Origin: Bdellovibrionales bacterium
GTDB taxonomy: Bacteria > Bdellovibrionota > Bdellovibrionia > Bdellovibrionales > JAGQZY01
Reading direction: 5' to 3'
Assembly (NCBI GenBank): GCA_964230645.1
Contig: CAXRHT010000002.1
Span: 1,184,001-1,248,000, forward strand
DNA length: 64,000 nt
Position 1 is the stretch's first letter, and each line of letters begins with the position of its first letter. Shown piece by piece: positions 30,729 to 43,889 of the stretch. Made by a program: the position numbers and the translations under genes. Below the pieces are notes generated by a model. The model saw only the letters and a list, made by a program, of their open reading frames with translations. It had not been told where the DNA came from and did not search any database.

Positions 30729-31202
30729 TTACCAGTTGTAGTGAGAGAAGGCGCGGTTGGCATCAGCCATTCTATGCACATCTTCTTTCTTTTTAATCGC
30801 GTTACCACGGTTGTTGTAGGCATCAACGATTTCGCCAGCAATTCTTGAGGCCATGTCTTTTTCTCCGCGTGAGCGAGAGTTGGCTGTTAACCAACGAAGG
30901 GCCAAAGTCACACGACGAGCGGGACGAACATCAACAGGCACTTGGTAAGTAGCACCACCCACACGACGAGAGCGAACCTCAAGTTGTGGTTTGATATTCT
31001 CAACAGCTTTTTTGAAAACACCCAGAGGCTCTTCGCCTTGGACTTTGTCTTTTACTTGATCAAGGGATCTGTAAACAAGAGCTTGAGCCACACTCTTTTT
31101 TCCATCGAGCATGATTTTGTTTACGAATTTAGCCAATAAAACATCGTTGTAAATTGGATCTGGAGCGACTTCTCTTTTGTAATTACCTTTTCTACGCGAC
31201 AT
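30729..31202 (-). CDS. rpsG: 30S ribosomal protein S7
   Basis: [38 protein letters not shown]. Confidence 0.98.
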   Translation of the reverse strand: MSRRKGNYKREVAPDPIYNDVLLAKFVNKIMLDGKKSVAQALVYRSLDQVKDKVQGEEPLGVFKKAVENIKPQLEVRSRRVGGATYQVPVDVRPARRVTLALRWLTANSRSRGEKDMASRIAGEIVDAYNNRGNAIKKKEDVHRMADANRAFSHYNW

Positions 31203-31211
31203 TTTTATCCT

Positions 31212-31589
31212 TTATGCACCTTTAGGCTTTTTAGCACCGTATTTAGAACGACTACGAATTCTGTTGGAAACACCTTGAGTATCCAAGACACCTCGAACAA
31301 TGTGGTAACGACAACCAGGAAGATCTTTAACACGACCTCCACGGATCAAGACCACACTGTGCTCTTGAAGGTTGTGACCAATTCCAGGAATGTAGGAAAT
31401 CACTTCGTAACCATTAGAAAGACGAACCTTAGCCACTTTTCTTAGGGCCGAATTCGGTTTCTTTGGAGTTGTTGTATAAACACGAGTGCATACACCACGC
31501 TTTTGAGGACATTTCGTCAAAGCGGGAGAGCTGCTTCTCTGCTTCTTCATCTGGCGTTCTTTTCGGATCAACTGGTTAATAGTCGGCAT
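31212..31589 (-). CDS. rpsL: 30S ribosomal protein S12
   Basis: [27 protein letters not shown]. Confidence 0.99.
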   Translation of the reverse strand: MPTINQLIRKERQMKKQRSSSPALTKCPQKRGVCTRVYTTTPKKPNSALRKVAKVRLSNGYEVISYIPGIGHNLQEHSVVLIRGGRVKDLPGCRYHIVRGVLDTQGVSNRIRSRSKYGAKKPKGA

Positions 31590-31618
31590 TTTTCTCCTAC
31601 AATCGATTTAAGGCGGCA

Positions 31619-31647
31619 AAATTATAAAATAACCGCCCTGTGGTCAA
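31619..31647 (-). promoter_or_regulatory. Putative sigma70 promoter for rpsL
   Basis: TTGACC followed by overlapping TATAAT/TAATTT (15/17-nt spacer) and a GC-rich discriminator. Confidence 0.45.
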
Positions 31648-31699
31648 GTTTTTTCCCTAGACTTTGTCAAAAAGTCAATTTTGACAGTCTAGGTTCAAA

Positions 31700-34600
31700 T
31701 TAAACGGTTCTCGGCTGGTTCCCATCCGTCGCTCCCAATCCAGGGAGACTGGCCGAAGCGTCATCTTCCATATCATCCACCTTAACTCCCCACTTTTTAT
31801 AAGTAGAAAGACCGGTTCCCGCAGGAATCAAGCGACCCATAATAATGTTTTCTTTGAGTCCAATGAGTGAATCAGTTTTAGAGTGAACAGCGGCGTTGGT
31901 AAGAACTTTCGTTGTTTCCTGGAAGGATGCGGCTGAAATCCAGCTGTCTGTGCTCAAGGATACTTTCGTGATTCCTAGTAGCAACGGATCGGCTGAAGCC
32001 TGCTGGCCCCCTTCTTTGGCTGTTTTCTCGTTTTCTTCTGCAAGTACGTACTTCTCAACCTGCTCACCAACAAGAAGACGTGTGTCTCCGGGATCAGTGA
32101 CAGTCACTTTACGAAGCATTTGTCTTACAATCACTTCGATGTGCTTATCGTTGATGGCCACACCCTGAAGTCGGTAAACTTCTTGGATCTCGTCCACGAG
32201 ATAAGCTGAGAGTTCGTTTTCACCAAGCACTTTAAGAACATCATGAGGATTCGTTGGTCCGTCCATAAGGGACTCACCGGCTTTTACATACTCGCCTTCA
32301 CGAACAGCCACGTGCTTACCTTTAGGAATAAGATATTCCATTTGCTCCCCAACATCAGGAGTCACAATCACACGCTGCTTACCTTTAACGTCCTTACCAA
32401 AAGTGATGTAACCATCAATTTCAGAAACGATGGCTGCTTCCTTCGGAGTTCTGGCTTCAAAAAGCTCGGCCACTCTGGGGAGACCCCCGGTGATATCTTT
32501 GGTTTTTGAAGTCTCTCTGTGAATTTTGGCTACAATGTCACCGGAGTGAATTTGCGCACCGTCATTTACCATCAACTGGGCTCCAACTGGAACTACGTAA
32601 CGAGCTGGGATATCACGTCCTGGCAACTTTAATGGTTCCCCGTCTTCTCCAACAATGTAAACGGTTGGCTTGTTTCCTTCGGCAGTTTTACCTTCAGTGA
32701 TCACCTTCGTTGCAAATCCTGTCACAGGGTCAACCTGCTCAGTCACCGTTGTCCCTTCAATGATGCCATCAAATTTAATGGTACCAGTAAGGTCAGCAAC
32801 AATTGGGTTTGAGTACGGATCCCACTCAGCAAGCTTCGTTCCTTTTTCAATCTTGTCCCCTTCTTTCCCATTAAGAACGGTACCGTAAACAAGCTTAAAG
32901 CTCTCTTTTTCACGACCGTTATCATCGGTGACAAGGACTCGTCCGGTTCTGTTTAGAACAACCAGGTTTCCAGCTTTGTTCTCAACGAACTGAACATCTT
33001 CAAGTTTAATTGTTCCTTCGTAGCGAGAAGTGTGAACGGACTGCTCAACCGCACGAGAAGCTGTACCACCCAAGTGGAAGGTTCTCATCGTAAGCTGTGT
33101 TCCAGGCTCACCGATGGACTGGGCTGCGATAATTCCTACAGCCTCACCAAGGTTGACCATGTTTCCACGGGAAAGGTCCCGTCCGTAACATTTTCCGCAA
33201 ACGCCTCGTCTTGTATTACAAGTAAGAACCGAGCGAAGCATAATTTTATCAATCGCTGAAGAATCGATGCGATCAATGTGGTCTTCAGTGATTTGCTCAC
33301 CGGCTGCCACAACTACTGTTTCGTCAGCGGGATCCACGATATCTTCAAGAGCAATTCTTCCAAGAACTCGGTCACCCATCGGATGAACGACCTCACCACC
33401 TTCAACGATGGGACGGATTTCAAGTCCTTCAGTAGAACCACAATCCTCTTCAAGAACAACAACGTCTTGGGCCACATCAACAAGTCGACGAGTTAAATAC
33501 CCAGAGTTAGCTGTTTTAAGAGCGGTATCGGCAAGACCCTTTCTGGCTCCGTGAGTAGAAATAAAGTACTGAAGTACGTTTAGACCTTCACGGAAGTTGG
33601 CGGTAATGGGAGTCTCGATGATCTCACCATTTGGTTTGGCCATTAGACCACGCATTCCGGCAAGCTGTCTTAGCTGAGCGGCAGAACCACGAGCTCCTGA
33701 GTCGGCCATGATGAAAATTGAGTTGAAGGAATCATCGGTGACTTTCTCACCGTTGACGTCGAACTCTTGCTTTTCAATGCGCGACTGCATTTGCTTAGCG
33801 ACTTTGTCACCCGTTTGGGCCCAAATATCCACAACCTTATTGTAGCGCTCACCATCTGTGATTAATCCTTCATCGTACTGAGATTGAATTTCTTTCACCT
33901 GGTTATCAGCATCTTCAAGAAGTTGGTACTTGTTGTCAGGAATAATCATGTCGTCAAGACAGATGGAGATTCCGGCTTTGGTTGAGTAGTGGAATCCCAT
34001 TGTCATCAATTGATCGGCCATGATCGCTGTGGCCTTAGCCCCAGCTAAACGGAAACATTTATCGATCAATTTTGCGATCTGTTTTTTGGTCATAGTTTGG
34101 TTCACTTCGCTAAAAGGAACTTCTTTAGGGATGATGTCGCTTAAAAGCGCACGTCCTACAGAAGTCTCACGAAGCTCACCATGGATTCTTACTTTACAAG
34201 CGGCTTGCAGATCCACTGTTCCGCTTTCAAAAGCGAAAATGATTTCTGAAGTGCTTGAGAAAGTTCTCCCGGTTCCTTTGGCTCCCGGACGAACTCTTGT
34301 CATCCAGTAAAGACCAAGAACGATATCCTGAGTGGGATTGATAATTGGTTTACCACTGGCAGGAGAGAGAATGTTATTTGTAGACATCATAAGAACACGA
34401 GCTTCCACCTGTGATTCCACAGAAAGAGGCACGTGAACAGCCATTTGGTCCCCGTCAAAGTCAGCGTTAAAGGCTGTACATACGAGCGGATGAAGTTGAA
34501 TGGCTTTTCCTTCGTGAAGAACGGGCTCAAAAGCCTGGATTCCAAGTCTGTGAAGTGTGGGAGCACGGTTAAGCATAACCGGGTGCTCTTTAACCACGTC

Positions 34601-35839
34601 TGCAAGGATATCCCAAACTTCAACAGTTTCTTGCTCCACCATTCTCTTGGCTTGCTTAATGGTTGAAGTAAAGCCCTGCTCTTCTAATTTGTTGTAAATG
34701 AAAGGCTTGAATAATTCCAAGGCCATTTTCTTAGGAAGACCACACTGGTGAAGTTTCAATGTTGGTCCAACAACGATTACAGAACGACCGGAGTAGTCCA
34801 CACGTTTACCAAGAAGGTTTTGACGGAAACGACCCTGCTTACCTTTAAGCATATCACTTAAGGAGCGAAGAGGACGTTTGTTAGGTCCGGTGAATGTTTT
34901 TCCTCTACGACCGTTGTCGAGAAGAGCATCCACTGACTCTTGCAGCATTCTTTTTTCGTTTCGAATGATAATGTCAGGAGCATTGAGCTCTTGAAGTCTT
35001 TTAAGACGATTGTTTCTGTTGATCACACGACGGTAAAGGTCGTTAAGGTCGGAAGTCGCAAAACGTCCACCATCAAGAGGAACAAGAGGACGAAGATCCG
35101 GTGGGATCACAGGAAGACAGTCAAGCATCACCCACTCGGCTTTATTGATAGAACCTTGGAAGGCCTCAACAATTTTTAAACGCTTGGTGAGTTTTTTAGT
35201 AGCCGCTTCTGACTTAGTCTCTTTAAGCTCCATACGAAGTTTACGAGAAAGATACTCAGGATCGACCTTACGAAGGATCTCACGAACAGACTCTCCACCC
35301 ATTCCCGCTTTAAAGTTTGGACCAAACTCATTAAGAGCGTTTTGGTAAGCCTCTTCAGTTAGAACAGCTCCTTCTTCTAGATCTGTTTCCATGGGATCAG
35401 TCACAATATAAGCTTCACAGTAAAGAACTTTTTCAACTTCTTTAAGAGTGAGATCAATAAGGTTACCAATTCTTGAAGGAAGAGATCTTAAAAACCAGAT
35501 GTGGGCGACAGGTGAAGCCAGTTCGATGTGACCCATACGCTCACGACGAACTTTACTTTGAGTGACTTCAACACCACATTTTTCGCAGACAACTCCGCGG
35601 TATTTCATTCTTTTATATTTACCACAAAGACATTCGTAGTCTTTTACCGGTCCAAAAATCTTAGCACAAAACAAACCATCTCTTTCTGGCTTGAACGTAC
35701 GATAGTTAATGGTCTCAGGCTTTTTTACCTCACCATGGGACCAGGAACGGATCATCTCTGGTGCGGCGATCGAAATTCGAACGGCATCAAATGACAATGG
35801 ATCTTTAGGTTTGTCAAAAAAGTTTAATAAATCTTTCAA
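31700..35839 (-). CDS. rpoC: RNA polymerase beta' subunit
   Basis: [12 protein letters not shown] catalytic motif, zinc ribbon, [16 protein letters not shown] start (M)KDLLNFF. Confidence 0.99.
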   Translation of the reverse strand: MKDLLNFFDKPKDPLSFDAVRISIAAPEMIRSWSHGEVKKPETINYRTFKPERDGLFCAKIFGPVKDYECLCGKYKRMKYRGVVCEKCGVEVTQSKVRRERMGHIELASPVAHIWFLRSLPSRIGNLIDLTLKEVEKVLYCEAYIVTDPMETDLEEGAVLTEEAYQNALNEFGPNFKAGMGGESVREILRKVDPEYLSRKLRMELKETKSEAATKKLTKRLKIVEAFQGSINKAEWVMLDCLPVIPPDLRPLVPLDGGRFATSDLNDLYRRVINRNNRLKRLQELNAPDIIIRNEKRMLQESVDALLDNGRRGKTFTGPNKRPLRSLSDMLKGKQGRFRQNLLGKRVDYSGRSVIVVGPTLKLHQCGLPKKMALELFKPFIYNKLEEQGFTSTIKQAKRMVEQETVEVWDILADVVKEHPVMLNRAPTLHRLGIQAFEPVLHEGKAIQLHPLVCTAFNADFDGDQMAVHVPLSVESQVEARVLMMSTNNILSPASGKPIINPTQDIVLGLYWMTRVRPGAKGTGRTFSSTSEIIFAFESGTVDLQAACKVRIHGELRETSVGRALLSDIIPKEVPFSEVNQTMTKKQIAKLIDKCFRLAGAKATAIMADQLMTMGFHYSTKAGISICLDDMIIPDNKYQLLEDADNQVKEIQSQYDEGLITDGERYNKVVDIWAQTGDKVAKQMQSRIEKQEFDVNGEKVTDDSFNSIFIMADSGARGSAAQLRQLAGMRGLMAKPNGEIIETPITANFREGLNVLQYFISTHGARKGLADTALKTANSGYLTRRLVDVAQDVVVLEEDCGSTEGLEIRPIVEGGEVVHPMGDRVLGRIALEDIVDPADETVVVAAGEQITEDHIDRIDSSAIDKIMLRSVLTCNTRRGVCGKCYGRDLSRGNMVNLGEAVGIIAAQSIGEPGTQLTMRTFHLGGTASRAVEQSVHTSRYEGTIKLEDVQFVENKAGNLVVLNRTGRVLVTDDNGREKESFKLVYGTVLNGKEGDKIEKGTKLAEWDPYSNPIVADLTGTIKFDGIIEGTTVTEQVDPVTGFATKVITEGKTAEGNKPTVYIVGEDGEPLKLPGRDIPARYVVPVGAQLMVNDGAQIHSGDIVAKIHRETSKTKDITGGLPRVAELFEARTPKEAAIVSEIDGYITFGKDVKGKQRVIVTPDVGEQMEYLIPKGKHVAVREGEYVKAGESLMDGPTNPHDVLKVLGENELSAYLVDEIQEVYRLQGVAINDKHIEVIVRQMLRKVTVTDPGDTRLLVGEQVEKYVLAEENEKTAKEGGQQASADPLLLGITKVSLSTDSWISAASFQETTKVLTNAAVHSKTDSLIGLKENIIMGRLIPAGTGLSTYKKWGVKVDDMEDDASASLPGLGATDGNQPRTV

Positions 35840-35970
35840 AGCGCGACTCCCTTTTGCTTTCGGTTGATTTGTCCATGCACGAAAAGACTTTTTCATCTCT
35901 TCTTTGCAATTTCTTAATCAACCTCCAACGACTACAATTCCTTCGTTTATTTTTAAAAATCTTCTTTAAA

Positions 35971-38900
35971 TTATTGTTCCATAAAGTCTTCATCGAGACT
36001 GGCTGCTTCATCATCCGTATCCGCAAGGACACCAGACTCAACCAACTCAATATTTAAACCAAGACTCTGAAGCTCTTTGACAAGAACGTTAAAGGACTCA
36101 GGCAACCCTGGCTCTAGAATGTTCTCACCCTTCACAATGCTTTCATACATTCTGGTTCTCCCGGCAACGTCATCCGACTTAACCGTTAAGAACTCTTGTA
36201 AAGAGTATGCGGCACCGTAAGCTTCGATGGCCCAAACCTCCATCTCTCCAAGTCTCTGTCCTCCGAACTGAGCTTTACCACCCAGAGGTTGTTGAGAAAC
36301 AAGCGAGTATGGTCCGATGGAACGTGCGTGAATTTTCTCTTCTACCAAGTGGTGAAGTTTCAGCATGTACATGAGTCCAACAGTCACAGGGTTTTCAAAA
36401 GCTTCCCCGGTACGACCGTCAAAAAGAACCATCTGACCAGAAGTCGGCATATGAGCTTTTTCAAGAAGCTCTTTCACCTGAGATTCTTTGGCTCCGTCGA
36501 AAACCGGTGTGGCTAAATGCACCCCTTTATCAACGGCCTTGATCATTTTCTTGAGTGAATCTTCATCGGCTTCGTCAATGCGTTTAGAGATCTCTTCATC
36601 GTTGAAGGTATCTTTCATAGCTTGTCTAGCATTGGCTTCGTTCCAGTTCTCAAGCTGCTCTTGCAACTGAACTCCGAGATATCTTGCCGCAAGTCCCAAG
36701 TGAATCTCTAGAACCTGACCGATATTCATACGCGAAGGTACCCCGAGTGGGTTGAGCACCATGTCGACTGGTGTTCCGTCCGCGAGGTAAGGCATACTTT
36801 CCATTGGTAGAATTTTTGAAACAACACCTTTGTTTCCGTGACGACCGGCAAATTTATCACCGACTTGGAGTTTACGTTTAATAGCCACGTAAACTTTCAC
36901 CATCTTGATAACACCAGGAGGCAGTTCGTCTCCTTTAGTCAGACGGTCTACTTTTTCGTCGAAAACCATTTTAATGGCATCCAGTTGGTTACGAGCCTTA
37001 TCGATCACTCGAGAAACCTGGTACTCAACTTCGGAATCCATAGGGATATAAGAAAGAAGCTCAAAAGCGATCGACTCAAGATCCTCGGAAGTGATCTCTT
37101 GGCCTTTTTCTAGAAGCTTCTCGGAACCATCTTCGTTAAGAAGGGCACCGGCTGTTTTCTTACCAACAAGGATTTGCTTAAGATCCTCAAGGGCGTTGTT
37201 TTTAATAACGTTTTGCTCAACATCGAAATCTTTTTCGATTTTCTTTTTCTTTTCTTTGATAATGGACTGAAGCCGAACGTCACGATCCACACCCTCACGG
37301 CTGTAAACTTGTGCGTCGATCACTGTTCCGTAAACACCTGATGGTACGCGAAGAGAAGTATCTTTTACGTCTCCGGCTTTCTCACCAAAGATGGCGCGAA
37401 GAAGTTTTTCCTCAGGAGAGAGCTGAGTCTCACCTTTTGGAGTCACTTTACCGACTAGAATGTTTCCGGGACGAACTTCGGCTCCAACACGGATAACCCC
37501 AGACTCATCCAGGTCTTTAAGAGCTTCCTCACCAACGTTTGCGATATCGCGAGTGATCTCTTCTTTTCCAAGCTTAGTGTCACGAGCCACACACTCAAAT
37601 TCCTCTACGTGAATAGATGTGTAAGTGTCGTCTCGGATCAAACGCTCTGAAATAAGGATAGAATCCTCGAAGTTGTAACCCATCCAAGGCGTGAAGGCGA
37701 CGAGGATGTTTTGACCAATCGCAAGCTCTCCGTACTCTGTGGAAGGACCATCGGCAATGATGTCACCTTTTTTAACTCGGTCGCCTTTTTGTACAATCGG
37801 CTTTTGGTTAAAAGAAGTGTTCTGGTTTGTTCTTTGGTATTTTGTTAGGTTGTAAATATCAACGTTGGCACCAAGACCACCGGCCTTAGCAAGTCTACGC
37901 ACAACAATCCTGGAGGCGTCGACTTCTTCAACGATTCCATCGTTCATGGCAACAACACTTGTTCCAGAGTCTCTAGCCACAAGTTTCTCAACTCCTGTTC
38001 CGACAAGTGGAGAGTGAGAGCGCAAGCACGGAACGGCCTGACGTTGCATGTTCGATCCCATCAAGGCACGGTTGGCATCATCGTGCTCGAGGAACGGAAT
38101 CAGGGATGCCGCAATGGACACCAATTGGCTTGGTGAAACGTCCATATAATCTACACTTTGAGCCGGATTGAGCTGGTAATCACCATTACAACGAGTGGTG
38201 ATCTGATCTTCTTTTAAAGACTCAGCTCCTTCGCGGGTGGCTGGCGCAATATGTTTGTCTGTTTCCTGAAGGGCTGAGAGATAAACCACTTCCCCATCTG
38301 TTGATTGGTTTTCAACAGTTAAGTAAGGAGTCTCGATAAACCCGTGGTTATTAATTCGCGCATAAGTCGCCAGTGAAGCGATTAGACCAATGTTTGGTCC
38401 CTCAGGCGTTTCAATCGGGCAGATTCGACCATAGTGAGTTGGGTGTACGTCACGAACTTCGAACCCGGCGCGTGATCTCTCGAGTCCACCTGGGCCGAGA
38501 GCGGAAAGTCTTCTTTTGTGTGTAATTTCTGAAAGTGGGTTTGTTTGATCCATGAACTGTGAGAGCTGAGAAGATCCGAAGAATTCTTTGACTACAGCAT
38601 TCACAGGTTTTGCGTTCACGAGATCGTGAGGCATCATGGTTTCAACATCTTGTAAGCTCATTCTCTCGCGAATCGCTCTTTCCATACGAACAAGACCGAT
38701 ACGGTATTGGTTCTCGAGAAGCTCACCCACAGAACGAACACGACGGTTACCCAAGTGATCGATGTCATCGACATTCCCTTTACCATTACGAAGGTTCACA
38801 AGAGTTCTTGTGACTTCCATAATATCTTTTTCGGTCAGGGTACGGTGCTCAACCGGGCAATCTTCAAAAGAGATATTGAAGCGATGGTTGATTTTTAGAC

Positions 38901-40137
38901 GTCCCACTTCGGAAAGATCATAGGTTTCTGGATCAAAGAAAAGACGATTGAAAAAGCTGGTGGCGGCCTCGATGGTTGGTGGCTCACCAGGACGTTGTCT
39001 TTTATAAATCTCAATGATGGCCTCATCGCGAGTCTCTACTTTGTCAACAAGGAGAGTGTTTCGAAGGTAAGGACCAACAGCTAATCCATCAAAGAAGATA
39101 AGATTGATTGTTTTTAGCTTTAAGTTATCAACGGACTCTAGAACCTCAGGTGTTACCTCAGTGTTCACATCAGCAATGATCTCACCTGTGGACTCATCCA
39201 CGATCGGAGAGGCTACAACCTTACCCATTAGATCTTCTGCCGTAAGGGAGAGTTCTGTAATTTCGAGTTCTTTTACTTTTCTAACAGCGGCACGAGTGAT
39301 ACGACGGCCGGCTTTAACAATAACGTCCCCAGATTTTGGATCAACGATATCAACGATGGCTCTTTGACCCGCTACCTTTTCAACGTCGAACTCTCTGAAG
39401 TATTGGCCTTTTTTGCCGACTTTTACAGAGTCAATATCGTGGTAGTACTCAAGAATTTGCTGGGTGTCATAGCCAAGGGCTTTTAATAAAATTGTGGCTG
39501 GAAGTTTTCTACGACGGTCAATACGAACATGAAGAAGATCTTTCTGATCAAATTCAAAGTCCAACCAAGAACCACGGTAAGGAATCACTCGCGCTGAGTA
39601 GATGTATTTACCGCTTGAAGAACCTTTTCCAGAGTCGTGATCAAAGAATACACCAGGAGAGCGGTGAAGCTGAGAAACCACAACACGTTCGGTTCCATTG
39701 ACGATAAAGGAACCATTTTTTGTCATTAACGGAATTTCACCGAGATAAACTTCTTGCTCTTTCACATCACGAATACTACGAGCTTCTGTTTCCTCGTCGA
39801 CGTCAAAAACGATCAAACGCAAAGTCACCTTCACAGGTGAGGCGTAGGTCATTCCTCTTTGACGACACTCTTCCACGTCATATTTAGGTGGCTCAAGGAC
39901 ATAACTGACAAACTCTAGGCTTGAAGTGTTATTGAAATCACTAATTGGAAATACCGATTTAAAAACACCGTTAAGTCCATCTTCTCCACGACGATCAGGA
40001 TCCACATTTTTCTGCAAAAAGCTCTCGTAAGAAGACTTCTGCATTTCTATGAGGTTGGGGATATCAATCGCTACGTTGTTTTGGGAAAAAGATTTACGTA
40101 CTCGGACATTTGAAGCAGTCACCGGACTGGTTGCCAT
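35971..40137 (-). CDS. rpoB: RNA polymerase beta subunit
   Basis: [45 protein letters not shown]; start MATSP after an AAGGAG SD. Confidence 0.99.
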   Translation of the reverse strand: MATSPVTASNVRVRKSFSQNNVAIDIPNLIEMQKSSYESFLQKNVDPDRRGEDGLNGVFKSVFPISDFNNTSSLEFVSYVLEPPKYDVEECRQRGMTYASPVKVTLRLIVFDVDEETEARSIRDVKEQEVYLGEIPLMTKNGSFIVNGTERVVVSQLHRSPGVFFDHDSGKGSSSGKYIYSARVIPYRGSWLDFEFDQKDLLHVRIDRRRKLPATILLKALGYDTQQILEYYHDIDSVKVGKKGQYFREFDVEKVAGQRAIVDIVDPKSGDVIVKAGRRITRAAVRKVKELEITELSLTAEDLMGKVVASPIVDESTGEIIADVNTEVTPEVLESVDNLKLKTINLIFFDGLAVGPYLRNTLLVDKVETRDEAIIEIYKRQRPGEPPTIEAATSFFNRLFFDPETYDLSEVGRLKINHRFNISFEDCPVEHRTLTEKDIMEVTRTLVNLRNGKGNVDDIDHLGNRRVRSVGELLENQYRIGLVRMERAIRERMSLQDVETMMPHDLVNAKPVNAVVKEFFGSSQLSQFMDQTNPLSEITHKRRLSALGPGGLERSRAGFEVRDVHPTHYGRICPIETPEGPNIGLIASLATYARINNHGFIETPYLTVENQSTDGEVVYLSALQETDKHIAPATREGAESLKEDQITTRCNGDYQLNPAQSVDYMDVSPSQLVSIAASLIPFLEHDDANRALMGSNMQRQAVPCLRSHSPLVGTGVEKLVARDSGTSVVAMNDGIVEEVDASRIVVRRLAKAGGLGANVDIYNLTKYQRTNQNTSFNQKPIVQKGDRVKKGDIIADGPSTEYGELAIGQNILVAFTPWMGYNFEDSILISERLIRDDTYTSIHVEEFECVARDTKLGKEEITRDIANVGEEALKDLDESGVIRVGAEVRPGNILVGKVTPKGETQLSPEEKLLRAIFGEKAGDVKDTSLRVPSGVYGTVIDAQVYSREGVDRDVRLQSIIKEKKKKIEKDFDVEQNVIKNNALEDLKQILVGKKTAGALLNEDGSEKLLEKGQEITSEDLESIAFELLSYIPMDSEVEYQVSRVIDKARNQLDAIKMVFDEKVDRLTKGDELPPGVIKMVKVYVAIKRKLQVGDKFAGRHGNKGVVSKILPMESMPYLADGTPVDMVLNPLGVPSRMNIGQVLEIHLGLAARYLGVQLQEQLENWNEANARQAMKDTFNDEEISKRIDEADEDSLKKMIKAVDKGVHLATPVFDGAKESQVKELLEKAHMPTSGQMVLFDGRTGEAFENPVTVGLMYMLKLHHLVEEKIHARSIGPYSLVSQQPLGGKAQFGGQRLGEMEVWAIEAYGAAYSLQEFLTVKSDDVAGRTRMYESIVKGENILEPGLPESFNVLVKELQSLGLNIELVESGVLADTDDEAASLDEDFMEQ

Positions 40138-40384
40138 TTGCTCTCCTTTGTCGAACTCCATGTCAGGGCTGAAAATTCTGTTCAGCTCCCTGGCCAAGGT
40201 TATCCGACCCAATTGCCTTGAGGTTTTTGAAAGGACTCCAAAAAGACCTCAAGATTTTAAACGCTTACTCCACTCGCCAAGATGCTTGAGATGTAAGCAA
40301 TTTTCCTACAAACACCTTAAGGGAAGACCCATCAGGCCTTCCCTCTTAATACATATTCCAGGTTATCTACTATAAGCTGAAAGT

Positions 40385-40762
40385 TTACTTAACTTCAACT
40401 TTAGCACCAGCTTTTTCTAGAGCTTCCTTAATTTTATCGGCTTCTTCTTTAGGAACAGCTTCTTTAACTGGCTTTGGGGCACCTTCTACTAGATCCTTGG
40501 CTTCTTTTAGACCAAGACCAGTGATGGTACGAACTTCTTTAATCACGTTGATTTTCTTGTCTCCAGCAGAAGCAAGAATCACGTCAAATTCCGTTTTCTC
40601 TTCAGCAGCTTCAGCTCCACCAGCGGCTCCACCAGCAGCAACAGCAACAGGTGCAGCAGCGCTTACGCCCCATTTTTCTTCTAGTTCTTGTACAAGACCA
40701 GCAATTTCCATCACTGACATGTTAGACAAAAAGTCGATTACTTCTTCTTTATTTAATGCCAT
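40385..40762 (-). CDS. rplL: 50S ribosomal protein L7/L12
   Basis: [35 protein letters not shown]. Confidence 0.98.
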   Translation of the reverse strand: MALNKEEVIDFLSNMSVMEIAGLVQELEEKWGVSAAAPVAVAAGGAAGGAEAAEEKTEFDVILASAGDKKINVIKEVRTITGLGLKEAKDLVEGAPKPVKEAVPKEEADKIKEALEKAGAKVEVK

Positions 40763-40805
40763 TTTTATACTCCGTTTAATTTTATAATTTTAAATTTAAA
40801 GTTAA

Positions 40806-41333
40806 TTATTCTGATTTCGTGTCTTTGTATGCGTTCATAACGTTCAAGAATCCGCTTGGTACGGCATTCATGACTCGAACAGTACTAGTTGCAGGTGCCA
40901 TAAAGACGCTGAGTAGCTTGGCTCTCAACTCATCTTTACCAGGCAGCGTCGCAAGATATTTAATCTTGGACTCATCCAGCTTTTCTCCTTCCATCACTCC
41001 TGTTTTTAACTTTAGAGCTTCAACATTTTTGCTGAACTCAGTCAGAGCCTTTGCTGACGCACTGGCGTCCTCATAGGCAAAAACAAAAGCGTTGGTTCCA
41101 ACAAACTCACCCTCTAAAGCTTTATCAGACTCTGGATAATCTTTCAGAGCTAGCTTAGCTAGTGTGTTTTTTACCACTCGCATTTCCGCATCAATTTTAA
41201 AGAGATTTTTACGTAGATCAGTTACCTGCTCCACATTCATTCCCGTAAAATCAACGAGGAAAGTGGCTTTAGAACGAGAAAGGCTTTCCGACAACGTACT
41301 GATACGCTCTGCTTTTTGCTCGCGTGATAGCAT
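40806..41333 (-). CDS. rplJ: 50S ribosomal protein L10
   Basis: VVKNTLAKLAL, LATLPGKDEL; located between rplA and rplL. Confidence 0.97.
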   Translation of the reverse strand: MLSREQKAERISTLSESLSRSKATFLVDFTGMNVEQVTDLRKNLFKIDAEMRVVKNTLAKLALKDYPESDKALEGEFVGTNAFVFAYEDASASAKALTEFSKNVEALKLKTGVMEGEKLDESKIKYLATLPGKDELRAKLLSVFMAPATSTVRVMNAVPSGFLNVMNAYKDTKSE

Positions 41334-41344
41334 GTATCGTCCTC

Positions 41345-41450
41345 CTTTCGACCACTAAGGCGATTCAAATCGTGGGAGGTTCTCTCCGCATCTGGGCCGG
41401 CAAAATTTAAACAACCCTACTAGAGTTGTACCGACTGTCTTTGACCGCGT
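41345..41450 (-). promoter_or_regulatory. L10 ribosomal protein leader (autoregulatory RNA)
   Basis: Minus strand GGUCAAAGACAGUCGG...UUUAAA...GCCGGCCCAGAUGCGG resembles the L10_leader layout; lies in the rplA-rplJ spacer. Confidence 0.6.
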
Positions 41451-41505
41451 TTAATCCATCAAGTTCCACCGGATGCTGATCAGGTGGAACATAAAAGATT
41501 AAAGA

Positions 41506-42210
41506 TTATTTTAAGCTCGCTTGAGCGTTTGAAACATCGATTCCAATTCCAGGACCCATGCTTGAAGACACATCGATCTTACGAAGATAGATCCCTTTAC
41601 TGGAAGCCGGCTTCTGCTTTGAAAGCGCATGAAGAAGACTCATAAAGTTCTCTCTAAGCTTATCAGCACCCATAGACTTCTTACCGATTCCAGCGTGCAC
41701 AATACCCGCCTTCTCAACACGGTAGCTGCATTTTCCTTTTTTCTCAGCGGCTACAGCTTCACCCACATTCATGGTCACTGTGCCTACTTTGGGGTTTGGC
41801 ATAAGACCACGAGGCCCAAGAATTTTGGCCACTTTGGAAACGGTGGCCATCATGTCAGGAGTTGCGATGGCTTTGTCGAAATCTAACCAGCCACCTTTGA
41901 TTTTTTCTACGAGGTCATCAGCCCCTACGAAATCAGCTCCGGCTTCTTGGGCTTCTTTTTCTTTTGGACCTTTTGCGAACACAAGAACTTTCACGTCTTT
42001 TCCAACACCGTTAGGTAGAGAAACAGAACCACGAACCTGTTGATCACTTTGCTTTGGGTCCACACCTAAGCGAATAGCCACATCAACGTTTTCATCAAAC
42101 TTGGCAGTGGCTGTTTCAGTCACCATTTTGAAGGCGTCAGTCACAGCATACTTTTGTGTGCGATCCACTTTTTCTTTATTTAATTTTACTCTTTTTCCTG
42201 CTTTAGCCAT
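41506..42210 (-). CDS. rplA: 50S ribosomal protein L1
   Basis: [28 protein letters not shown]. Confidence 0.98.
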   Translation of the reverse strand: MAKAGKRVKLNKEKVDRTQKYAVTDAFKMVTETATAKFDENVDVAIRLGVDPKQSDQQVRGSVSLPNGVGKDVKVLVFAKGPKEKEAQEAGADFVGADDLVEKIKGGWLDFDKAIATPDMMATVSKVAKILGPRGLMPNPKVGTVTMNVGEAVAAEKKGKCSYRVEKAGIVHAGIGKKSMGADKLRENFMSLLHALSKQKPASSKGIYLRKIDVSSSMGPGIGIDVSNAQASLK

Positions 42211-42220
42211 GTCTCAATCC

Positions 42221-42646
42221 TTATCCTACGACGTCAATTCCCATGCTGGCGCAAGTTCCAACCACTTGATTCACAGCACTTTCTACAGAGGAGCAGTTCA
42301 AATCGGGAAGTTTTGTTTCCGCGATTTTTCTTACTTCGTCCATTTTAATTTTTGCCACTTTGTCTTTTTGAGGCATCTTAGAACCACTTTTCAATTTACA
42401 AGCTTCCTTGATCATCACGGAAGTCGGTGGCGTTTTTGTAATGAACGTAAACGAACGATCCTGATAAACCGTAATTACAACGGGGATAATGGTGTTTCCC
42501 GCTTTCTGGGTTTTAGCATTGAACTGCTTGCAGAAATCCATGATATTAACCCCGTGTTGTCCGAGAGCGGGACCGACAGGAGGGGCTGGATTCGCTTTAC
42601 CAGCGGGAATTTGCAACTTGATCATACCTGTGACTTTCTTAGCCAT
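42221..42646 (-). CDS. rplK: 50S ribosomal protein L11
   Basis: [27 protein letters not shown]. Confidence 0.99.
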   Translation of the reverse strand: MAKKVTGMIKLQIPAGKANPAPPVGPALGQHGVNIMDFCKQFNAKTQKAGNTIIPVVITVYQDRSFTFITKTPPTSVMIKEACKLKSGSKMPQKDKVAKIKMDEVRKIAETKLPDLNCSSVESAVNQVVGTCASMGIDVVG

Positions 42647-42786
42647 TTCAGAACTCCAATTTTTGTCGACAATGAACTGACCGATATAGTCGATAATGGC
42701 GCGCCAGGCAAGGGGCTTTCCGATTTTTTTCTTGTGTTTTTTATAACTTGTCTGAGTCTCGCCCCAGGCCCATGATTTTAAGGACT

Positions 42787-43791
42787 ATGACTCAAGAGAA
42801 CTTCAGACTCAAGCAAGAAAACCCAAGAATTTTAGTGACTGGCGGTGCCGGTTACATAGGCAGCCACACTTGTAAGTTACTGAAAAGAGAAGGGTTTGAG
42901 CCTGTTTGCTACGACAACCTCTCGCGAGGACACCGAGAGCTTGTGAAATGGGGCCCTCTTGTTGAAGGAGATCTCTTTGAACTCGATAAGCTGACTCAGT
43001 GTTTAGTCGACTATGATATTCAAGCGGTGATCCATTTCGCAGCCTTTGCTTACATCAAAGAGAGCGTTGAGAATCCTCAGCTCTACTTTCAAAACAATCT
43101 CTACGGCTCGATCTTCTTACTTGAGGCGATGAAAAGCGCAAACGTTAAAAGTATTGTGTTTTCAAGTACTTGTGCCACTTATGGCAATTCCATCCAAAAT
43201 GAAATCTCTGAGAGCACTCCCCAAAACCCCATAACCCCCTATGGTCTGTCAAAAAAAATGGTGGAAGAGATTCTTTTCAAATACCAAAAGAACTATGACA
43301 TTAACCCCTGCATCCTACGCTACTTCAATGCCGCCGGCGCTGATCCCGAGGGGGAAACGGGAGAGTGTCATGATCCTGAGCCCCACATTTTGCCTAACCT
43401 TTTGAGAAAGGCTCTTAACAATGAAACATTTGTCATTAATGGTGATCAGTTCAACACCCCTGATGGGACTTGTGTCAGAGATTTCGTCCACGTGACCGAC
43501 CTGGGTGAAGCTCATATCTTGGCTTTAAAAAAGCTTATTCAGTCGCAAACCGATCACAAGGTTTATAACCTGGGCTCAGGAAAGGGTCATAGCCTCCTTG
43601 AATTAACAAAGTCTGTGGGCAAAGTTCTCGGTAAGAATATCGACTGGGAAATCGGTCCAGCCCGCCCGGGAGACGCCGCTTGGGCTGTGGCATCCAGTGA
43701 GCGCTTCTCAACAGAGTTTGGGTGGAAGCCAAAACACTCTACTCTGGACAACATGATCACAACAGCCCTCAACTGGATGAATAAAAACTAG
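42787..43791 (+). CDS. galE: UDP-glucose 4-epimerase
   Basis: ILVTGGAGYIGSH, FSSTCATYG, YGLSK, LRYFNAAGA, DGTCVRDFVHV; start approximate. Confidence 0.93.
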   Translation: MTQENFRLKQENPRILVTGGAGYIGSHTCKLLKREGFEPVCYDNLSRGHRELVKWGPLVEGDLFELDKLTQCLVDYDIQAVIHFAAFAYIKESVENPQLYFQNNLYGSIFLLEAMKSANVKSIVFSSTCATYGNSIQNEISESTPQNPITPYGLSKKMVEEILFKYQKNYDINPCILRYFNAAGADPEGETGECHDPEPHILPNLLRKALNNETFVINGDQFNTPDGTCVRDFVHVTDLGEAHILALKKLIQSQTDHKVYNLGSGKGHSLLELTKSVGKVLGKNIDWEIGPARPGDAAWAVASSERFSTEFGWKPKHSTLDNMITTALNWMNKN

Positions 43792-43889
43792 AATCGGAAT
43801 TGAGTGATTTCCAAATGTTTCTCAGACCTCTCCCTAGGAAATTTTCGCTGGAATAGGTATTATAAACACAACCGGAAACGAGGTTTCAT

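Noticed and set aside
40319..40347. Hairpin between rplL and rpoB as a terminator/attenuator
   Set aside because: The stem is imperfect and lacks a convincing U-tract on the coding strand; plausible but not supportable
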